A DNA stretch of 64,000 nucleotides from Deferribacterales bacterium. Its GTDB lineage: Bacteria; Chrysiogenota; Deferribacteres; Deferribacterales; Geovibrionaceae. A program made the position numbers and the translations under genes. The notes beneath the pieces were generated by a model. It was given only the letters and a program-made list of their open reading frames with translations. It was not told the DNA's origin and searched no databases. Where the stretch lies: contig JBFWLW010000001.1 of assembly GCA_050251945.1 (NCBI GenBank), positions 480,001-544,000 on the forward strand, in the 5' to 3' direction. Below, in pieces: positions 57,081-64,000 of the stretch. Positions within the stretch are counted from its first letter, which is position 1; the number at the start of each line of letters is the position of its first letter.

Positions 57081-57814
57081 TTTTCATAGCATTTTGCATA
57101 TCATCGTCAACTATTGCCGGAGAGCTTGCGGAGAATAAAAAAGACTTCTATTCAGATCGCGAACGCGGCTGGTATTTTTATGAAAAAGAACCTGTAAAAG
57201 ATGAGAAAAAAGAAGTTAAGAAAGATAAGTTTGAAAAGCCTGTCGTTGATTGGAAAGCTCTTGAAAACATGCACCCGAAAGAGTTTGAAAAACTCTTTTC
57301 TGATGTGAGGGCTTATGCGCTGATGTACCCGACTGTGGAAAACATGGTTGAGTACTATCGTTTCAACGATGTTTACCTGAACCGCGCCCGTAAATTTCAG
57401 GAAGTTTTCACATACGTTGCTCAAACTCATCCGGAATTGTCAAAAGAAGACCGATACCCTGTCAGCAAAATCGGTCAGGACGAACTTTTCAGGGAAAAAC
57501 GTGAACACATAGACAACGTTTTACGTGAAAATTCAGACACATATGCCCTGCTGTATTTCTATTCCCCGGAATGCGGATATTGTGTTAAACAGACACCAAT
57601 TCTGCAATATTTCATTGAAGAAACTGGTTGGACAATCAAACCCGTTGATATCACAGCAGATCAGCACGCAGCAGCACGTTTTAACATCCAAGCCACACCG
57701 TCCCTTGTTATGATAAAGAAAAACTCTAAAGACTGGATATATATAAGCTCAGGCATTATATCATTGACGGATATAAAAGAGCGTATTTACAGAACAATAA
57801 CTATTCAGAAATAA
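57050..57814 (+). CDS. traF: Conjugal transfer protein TraF (thioredoxin-like)
   Basis: RGWYFYE, FYSPECGYC, TPSL. Confidence 0.88.
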   Translation: MEEKRLLRILIFIAFCISSSTIAGELAENKKDFYSDRERGWYFYEKEPVKDEKKEVKKDKFEKPVVDWKALENMHPKEFEKLFSDVRAYALMYPTVENMVEYYRFNDVYLNRARKFQEVFTYVAQTHPELSKEDRYPVSKIGQDELFREKREHIDNVLRENSDTYALLYFYSPECGYCVKQTPILQYFIEETGWTIKPVDITADQHAAARFNIQATPSLVMIKKNSKDWIYISSGIISLTDIKERIYRTITIQK

Positions 57815-57830
57815 GCAATCATAGTCACTT

Positions 57831-57849
57831 TTACCCTCGCTGACATTTA
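57831..57849 (+). promoter_or_regulatory. ICE operon-upstream motif (copy 3)
   Basis: TTACCCTCGCTGACATTTA, 34 nt before the traH ATG. Confidence 0.7.
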
Positions 57850-57883
57850 TACCTCAAAGACTACAGTCTCGCGAGGTAAAGGC

Positions 57884-59236
57884 ATGTCCAGATTTCTGAT
57901 CGTTTCAATGATTGTTATTTCCGCCTTTTTTAAGGCAAGCGCGGCAAACTGGGTTGATGACTGGTTTGATACCGCAGTCGTAACAAAACCAGGAGTATTT
58001 GAATCCCAGCAAAGATCCTACGCAACGTTTGGCTCATTCAACGGACGTATAAAAACGTCCACTGATAACCTGATGACAATCTCGTCTCCGCGAATATCTG
58101 CCGGATGTGGCGGCATTGACATTTTTATGGGGGGTTTCTCGTTTCTTAATCCTGATTATATGGTTGAGAAAGCTGAAAAAATGATCCGAGTGGCACCGTA
58201 TGTCGCCTTTGATATGGCACTGCAAGAATTATCTTCAACAGTCGCAACCGTAAAAGACAGGGCAGAAAACATCATAAATGCGCTCAATGGACTTCAGATG
58301 GATGAATGCCAGTCTGCAAAAGCTGTTGTAATGGCTGGTCGGCAACTTTTCAATGGTCAGGAAGATCAGGCAATGGAAACAATCAAAAGTGGTCTGGTGC
58401 AGGGAGCAGATTCGCTTTTTACAGAAGCCAAAAAAGCATTTAACGATTCCCCCGGTACTTCATTCCAAAAGGCAGTGGACAAAAGTGATAACACATCCGA
58501 TGTTAAAGCCGACCTTAAAAAAAGCGGTTATCTGCTCGATGCCATAGGTCAGAAGATGAATGTCTCCAGTGCCAGACTCCGGCAGTTCCGCGCACTCATC
58601 GGCGACGTGTACATTTCAACAGAAGGCACTGAAATGACATTTAAGGAGATACCAGGCTGTAAGGATGCTACATATGAAAACCTTGTTAATGACAAGCCAT
58701 GGGTGAAAACGGCTTCAACAGCGGCATGTAGTCAGGAATCCGGTAAAACGATTTATGAGTACGTCGGCAACAATCTTAACTCAATATCGGGAAAGCTGAT
58801 ATCATCCCGCTCATCGTCAATGAGTGCAACAGAAAAAGAGTTTGTCTCCAGAACACCTATTCCAGTGGTTTATATCCTCAACAATGCCAGCAAATACGGC
58901 GAAGCACAGCTTAGCGTGGTTAAAGATGCTCTGGTCGAACCAGCCGCATATGGCTATGCATATGCGATGTTCGTATCAATGGTAAAAAACACGGAAGATA
59001 TCCTGAACGATTATCAGCTCTATCTCAACTCCAGAGACTCATCAGTTACTAAAGTACATACAGAAGCTATTGAGAAGCTGATAGAAAATGCAGAACAGAT
59101 AAGGCAGAAAGCATACGAGGCATACAACACCAAGATTGGCGACAGTGGAGCAATTTACAAACTACTAGACAACTTCAATCAGGATAAAATGCGTATAGAC
59201 AAGGTTCTTGCCGATGCAAAAATCGGGCGGTGGTAG
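57884..59236 (+). CDS. traH: Conjugal transfer protein TraH
   Basis: PRISAGCGGIDIFMGGFSFLN. Confidence 0.92.
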   Translation: MSRFLIVSMIVISAFFKASAANWVDDWFDTAVVTKPGVFESQQRSYATFGSFNGRIKTSTDNLMTISSPRISAGCGGIDIFMGGFSFLNPDYMVEKAEKMIRVAPYVAFDMALQELSSTVATVKDRAENIINALNGLQMDECQSAKAVVMAGRQLFNGQEDQAMETIKSGLVQGADSLFTEAKKAFNDSPGTSFQKAVDKSDNTSDVKADLKKSGYLLDAIGQKMNVSSARLRQFRALIGDVYISTEGTEMTFKEIPGCKDATYENLVNDKPWVKTASTAACSQESGKTIYEYVGNNLNSISGKLISSRSSSMSATEKEFVSRTPIPVVYILNNASKYGEAQLSVVKDALVEPAAYGYAYAMFVSMVKNTEDILNDYQLYLNSRDSSVTKVHTEAIEKLIENAEQIRQKAYEAYNTKIGDSGAIYKLLDNFNQDKMRIDKVLADAKIGRW

Positions 59237-59938
59237 ATGAAAAACTACATAGATAACATCAAATCAGATACTCCCTCCCATATGAAAATGACCATAGAGG
59301 ATGCCTCCAACCTTGAGCAGCACGCAGAACTCTTCGCGCTGGAAAAGCGATGGGCGGACAACAGTTCCGTCAATGTTTTCGATGTAACGGGGTCTTGCCA
59401 CCCTGATTATATAGGGTTGTCGTGGCTGGAAATGCTTGATAAGGGCAAACGTATGCCTCTCAACATAAAACTTCTGATGGAAAATCCCGGATACTACTTT
59501 CAGGATACCCAGAAAAGCCCGACCATGTACTATGCAAAAATCGGTAAGGATCTGTTCGTAACGAGCGACGGTAACCACCGCACATGTCTTGCAAAGGTGC
59601 TTTTCTATTACGAGCAGCGAACGGATATTCAAGGTGTCGTCATGGAAGAAATAATCAAAGATTACGAACTTGAACGCGCTTTCAAACTGCTTTCAGAAAC
59701 TCCTGAGATGCAAAGAGCCGGAGTGCGGATTGAAGTTCAGTCTAAGCATATCAGCAGAACGGACGCTTCAGGGTGGAAATCGGACAGGTACGTTCCTGTT
59801 ATATCAGCACGAAACAAAAACTTTCATAAAATTGAACTCAATGCTCATGAATCTCTGGATTTTCTCGCAGAGCTTAAATCAGGGCATTTCACACGGCTTT
59901 TTCGTCACAACAGATACGCGAAATTCATAAAAGGGTAA
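59237..59938 (+). CDS. Hypothetical protein with ParB/Srx-like DGNHR motif
   Basis: FVTSDGNHRTC; abuts traH and traG. Confidence 0.6.
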   Translation: MKNYIDNIKSDTPSHMKMTIEDASNLEQHAELFALEKRWADNSSVNVFDVTGSCHPDYIGLSWLEMLDKGKRMPLNIKLLMENPGYYFQDTQKSPTMYYAKIGKDLFVTSDGNHRTCLAKVLFYYEQRTDIQGVVMEEIIKDYELERAFKLLSETPEMQRAGVRIEVQSKHISRTDASGWKSDRYVPVISARNKNFHKIELNAHESLDFLAELKSGHFTRLFRHNRYAKFIKG

Positions 59939-59942
59939 TATC

Positions 59943-62900
59943 ATGGCACTGAATCTTGAATACTATGTTTACGGAGATTTTGAAACAGTCGTAACAGCCT
60001 TCAAGCTGGTTGCCAGCATATTCCACAGCAATCTGTACCTGAGCTGGTTCACGGTTGTGATACTTTACAGCACAATAATCATCTTCTTTCACGGTGCGGC
60101 GGAAAATGCGCTAGGCGGTAAATTCTCCGACACGCTATGGGCAAAAAACATCATATACGGGGTGGTTTTATACTCAATTTTCATCGTTCCGACGGTAACG
60201 ATGCACATATATGATCCGGTAAAAAACAGGTATGAAGCTGTTGGAAATGTTCCTGTAGGTGTAGGTCTTGTCGCCGGCATGACATCAATGGCAATTCGGG
60301 AAGTGAACGAAATTATAGAGACAGCAGGCAGTCCCATCGTCAGAACAGATTTTATAGGCTTCGGCGACGGTTTTGAGATGCTGGCAACGACGGGGATTAT
60401 AGGAAACCTCGGAGCGATACAAGATCCTTTCCTCGCAAAAAGCATCTACAAATACATTGAGAACTGTTTTGATCAGGCGTATGCGTCCGGAGAAATAACT
60501 GATGCCGACATGTACAATTCAAACAATCTAATGAAGACAATTGAACTTGACTATAGGATGTTTTATTCGGACGTATTCGATGATGCACACCCCGGCGGGC
60601 AGCTTCTTGAGTGTGCCGATGCGTACGCAAACATAAAAACACGGCTTGTCGCACCGGCTTTCACAGAGAAGGTCATGACATCATTTTGCAGTAAGCTGGG
60701 TTATGATACGAGCAATGCGCAGGAATATATCTCATGCAAAAACAAATTCAGCGGAATGATAAACGCTTTCGGAAATAAGACAGGCTCAACGACAATCGCT
60801 GATTATGTTGCATCCAGTTTTATTGCCAGACAGTACCTGCAAGGACCGTTGAACGCCGGAGTTGAAACAGCCAAAGAAATCGCAAAGGGAATGGCAACGG
60901 CTTCCGATCTTATAGGCAGTAGCCTTGCCACTCAGTACATCCCAAAATTACAGGGGATGGTGGCAACCATTCTGATAAGCATTTTTATCATAGTCGCCCT
61001 ATTCTACAACGTTGCTCCGGCAGAGTCCTTCAAGTTTTATATCGGTCTCTGGCTGTGGCTTATGCTTTGGACGATATGCGACACAATCAGCAACGTAACG
61101 GTGCAGAATCTGGCATACAAAACGTTTCTGGATATCCGAGAAAGCAATTTGGGACTGAATGCCATGTTCATCACAGGCAAAGAGTCGGTCAAGGTTCTTG
61201 GCATGTTCGGTCAGGCACGGTGGATGAGCATGAGCCTTGCAAGCCTGCTCGCGGTGGGACTGTTCAAAGTAACGGGCGGCTCGGTCTTCGCCGGATTCAC
61301 ACGACAGATAGGCGCGAGCTATCAGCAGGCAGCAAGCTCCATGGGGGCGCAGATTGGAACCCCCGGAGATCAGGCGGCACTGCATAACAAGCTATACGAC
61401 CAGGCAGCCAACGATATACCCACATCCTTAACAAAGAACATGGCAAATTTAAATACAGACCGATTTGGGTACGAATCCAAACAGCACGCTCTGCAATCCT
61501 ATAACAGATCTATGTCGCAGGAATTTGGCGGAAGCAGCACAACGGCAGGCGGCGCTTTGGGCGATGCGGCGTCTGTGAAAAATCTCATGGATATTGGTTA
61601 TTCTCAACAAGCGATACAAGCTCTTGCAGGTTCAGGATACAACATACGAGACATTGGTGCGATGGGTGCACTGAAAGATACTCTCGGCAAAGTTGGTATG
61701 CTTGATGCGATGAATCAGGGAAAAGTTTCCAGAGACGACCTCCGCCAGATGGGTGAGTATGGGCTCCTCACGGATAAAGGGCGCACAGACGCGGCGAAAG
61801 AAATGTCAGAAACTCTGGGGATGGATTACAACGATGTTGTTAAAGCTATGCAGACCCAGACAGGGATGCAGAGCTATTTTCAGTTTAAAGGAGCAGAAAG
61901 AGCCGCAAAAGCCCTCAATATGGAAACAAAGGATGTATACCAAGCTGCGAACTCTAACGCCAATGTATCTCTGTCTGATGAGCAGGCAAAGGCGGCAGGA
62001 TTGTCAGCCGGTGCCGGAGCATACTCAATGTCATTCGATGAGAAAGGGGACGTTGTTTCAAGCCATATAGACCGAGGAAGCACGATGTCCGGAAATTTTG
62101 AAACACTCATGGTTCAAAACGGCAAAGAGCTTATGCCCCTCAAAAATGCCACCATAGAAGGCAAAGGAAAAGAAATGCTCATTACCGGCACGGATCAACA
62201 CGGCAACAAAGTAACCATGCTCGGTTACGGCAACCTTACCGGAAAAGACGGAAATAAGGGGCTTGCAGATTACGATGTTCTCAATTCAATGACAGCTGAA
62301 AGTAGCAAAGATAAGCTGTCTGTCAAGACAGACGACGGAAAAACTATCAACCTCACCGGAGCAAAACTCCGATATGATGGCGGAGCCGGCGGTGGAGTCT
62401 GGACTGCCGAAGGACATGAACAGGGATCAAAACAGTGGAAGACGTTCCGGGGTATCGGTGATTTCGACCAAAACGGTAACCTTGTCTTCAGCTCAATGGA
62501 TACCGGAAAAGGTACACAAGATAAGTCTACAACGGTAGACACCTCTGTAACTAACGATTCATCAGTTACCAATGATTCATCGGTAACAAACGATTCATCA
62601 GTAAATAACATCTCCGGAATAAAAAATAATTCTGTAGATAAAAATGAGTCCGGTCAACAGACTATTGTGTATGATGAAAATAAAATAGTTTATAACCACG
62701 GCTCAAACTACGGTAACGTCTTCCAAGGCGGTTTGGATAAAAAAGAGTCTAAAAACCTTGCAGAGGCAGCATGGGATACCGCATGGAGCAAGGAATCGTC
62801 ATGGGTTACAGGGCAAGGTGGTAAAAAGTATCTTAACAAAGAAGCATTTGGAAAGAACCTTGGTATCGAAATCAGGCAGCAAACCGCAGATATGAACAAT

Positions 62901-63443
62901 ACCATTGGTTCGTTCCTCAAAAATGAATCAACAGTTGACCACAAAGTCTATGATACTTTAGTTGGTAAAGTAACTGGTTCTGTGAGTGCAGGTACTCCGA
63001 AAGCGTTTACAGCAGCGACTGGCTTTGGAATTCAAGTTGACGCATCTGTATCACAGGATTGGGCAAAACAAAACTCATCAACCCAAAGTCATACTGCTAA
63101 TGATGTATATAAAACTATTCAAACAGACCATCTTAAAGCCATTGATGTTGCTAAAACAGAAAATGGTTACAACAAAAATACGTTTATCAGCGACTATTCG
63201 AGAAGGCTTAATGAAACTGCTACAAACTATGATGAAGCCAGTAAAGGAATTTCATCCTCTCCGGCACCAAAGGTTGAAACTCCTCCAACACCAGTGAAAA
63301 ATACTGCCCAAGAATCTGTTAAAATACCGGAGGCACCAAAGGTTTCTATGCCAACAATGAGCCTCTACAACCTGACAGGAGATGATAGCTCCAATACCCC
63401 AAGTACAGAAAAGCCTATGCCAAAGAAAGGTCAGGAAAAATAA
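59943..63443 (+). CDS. traG: Conjugal transfer protein TraG
   Basis: YYVYGD N-terminus, VGNVPVG, multiple TM segments, long polar C-terminus; follows traH. Confidence 0.88.
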   Translation: MALNLEYYVYGDFETVVTAFKLVASIFHSNLYLSWFTVVILYSTIIIFFHGAAENALGGKFSDTLWAKNIIYGVVLYSIFIVPTVTMHIYDPVKNRYEAVGNVPVGVGLVAGMTSMAIREVNEIIETAGSPIVRTDFIGFGDGFEMLATTGIIGNLGAIQDPFLAKSIYKYIENCFDQAYASGEITDADMYNSNNLMKTIELDYRMFYSDVFDDAHPGGQLLECADAYANIKTRLVAPAFTEKVMTSFCSKLGYDTSNAQEYISCKNKFSGMINAFGNKTGSTTIADYVASSFIARQYLQGPLNAGVETAKEIAKGMATASDLIGSSLATQYIPKLQGMVATILISIFIIVALFYNVAPAESFKFYIGLWLWLMLWTICDTISNVTVQNLAYKTFLDIRESNLGLNAMFITGKESVKVLGMFGQARWMSMSLASLLAVGLFKVTGGSVFAGFTRQIGASYQQAASSMGAQIGTPGDQAALHNKLYDQAANDIPTSLTKNMANLNTDRFGYESKQHALQSYNRSMSQEFGGSSTTAGGALGDAASVKNLMDIGYSQQAIQALAGSGYNIRDIGAMGALKDTLGKVGMLDAMNQGKVSRDDLRQMGEYGLLTDKGRTDAAKEMSETLGMDYNDVVKAMQTQTGMQSYFQFKGAERAAKALNMETKDVYQAANSNANVSLSDEQAKAAGLSAGAGAYSMSFDEKGDVVSSHIDRGSTMSGNFETLMVQNGKELMPLKNATIEGKGKEMLITGTDQHGNKVTMLGYGNLTGKDGNKGLADYDVLNSMTAESSKDKLSVKTDDGKTINLTGAKLRYDGGAGGGVWTAEGHEQGSKQWKTFRGIGDFDQNGNLVFSSMDTGKGTQDKSTTVDTSVTNDSSVTNDSSVTNDSSVNNISGIKNNSVDKNESGQQTIVYDENKIVYNHGSNYGNVFQGGLDKKESKNLAEAAWDTAWSKESSWVTGQGGKKYLNKEAFGKNLGIEIRQQTADMNNTIGSFLKNESTVDHKVYDTLVGKVTGSVSAGTPKAFTAATGFGIQVDASVSQDWAKQNSSTQSHTANDVYKTIQTDHLKAIDVAKTENGYNKNTFISDYSRRLNETATNYDEASKGISSSPAPKVETPPTPVKNTAQESVKIPEAPKVSMPTMSLYNLTGDDSSNTPSTEKPMPKKGQEK

Positions 63444-63467
63444 TAGGTGGAATGAGGTAGAAACAGG

Positions 63468-63499
63468 AAAGCCCGTTGGCTGAACACTAACGGGCTTTT
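63468..63499. terminator. Bidirectional terminator between traG and the convergent ORF
   Basis: aaagcccgtt...aacgggcttt. Confidence 0.7.
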
Positions 63500-63701
63500 A
63501 GTTGTTTATCGGGTGGCATGGGTTAGCTCTATCAGAAGCTCCATCATCAATGGGACTGCTCCTATCAAACTCAAGCCCATAATCAGTAATGCCGTTTTTT
63601 CTTGCTTCATCCATTGCTCTGTTCATTAAGAAACGTACAACAAGAGCAACAGCCAGAAGAACCACTATAAAAACTATGTGAAAAGTTTCAAGTCCGAACA
63701 T
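63498..63701 (-). CDS. Small membrane protein, candidate entry-exclusion protein
   Basis: One TM helix; GGAGG RBS; own TTGACT-16-TATACT promoter (63750-63723); convergent with traG. Confidence 0.55.
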   Translation of the reverse strand: MFGLETFHIVFIVVLLAVALVVRFLMNRAMDEARKNGITDYGLEFDRSSPIDDGASDRANPCHPINN

Positions 63702-64000
63702 CTTCAACCTCCTTCATAGTTAAGTATAGTCCTTTCCAGAAAGAAGTCAATAGTAAATTACTTTTAAATTCCAGATAGTTACCTGATTTTTACCTAAAAA
63801 AATCAGGTAAAATTTCCACCTCGAAAAACTTTTAAAACATTTTTTCAACTTGCCATATATTTCTTATGCGTATAAAAATACACGCATACGCAATTATTAT
63901 ATTGAATTAATCATTTATTTATAAATTGCAAAATAGGTAAAAAAATGAATGACGAGAAATTATACTATGATAACAAAGATTTAAAGCTCAAATATGGTAT

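Larger units (their letters stand above)
31700..64000. mobile_element. Integrative conjugative element with F-type T4SS (right end outside window; left boundary approximate)
   Basis: Integrase and excisionase at the left edge, repressor switch, partition genes, topoisomerase and tra cluster. Confidence 0.88.

Overview
The window has two parts. Bases 1 to ~31650 are bacterial chromosomal housekeeping DNA: coaBC-rpoZ-gmk-yicC, proVWX, tRNA-Leu(CAA), a sensor kinase, ppx, mltG, carA, gap, ZTP-riboswitch-glyA, mobAB and a eukaryote-type citrate synthase. The gene mix suggests an anaerobe such as a Deferribacterales member, which is inference only. From ~31730 to the window end lies an integrative conjugative element (ICE). 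It carries a tyrosine integrase and excisionase, a lambda-like repressor/cro/initiator switch with 21-bp iterons inside the initiator gene, a ParM-type partition module, a type IA topoisomerase, and an F-type T4SS (traA-L-E-K-B-V-C-trbI-W-U-F-H-G plus a candidate entry-exclusion gene). The most striking feature is a ~1.25-kb stretch with no credible ORF (38495-39750, minus strand) that reads as a circularly permuted group II intron. Domains V-VI and the 3' splice site come first, then a 24-nt exon, then GUGCG and domains I-III. EBS/IBS pairings, a split domain IV clamp, a promoter and a terminator are all visible. Divergently transcribed from it is a 341-aa group II maturase-like protein whose YADD motif is lost, translationally coupled to a 145-aa unknown protein. 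All calls are by eye; no searches were run.
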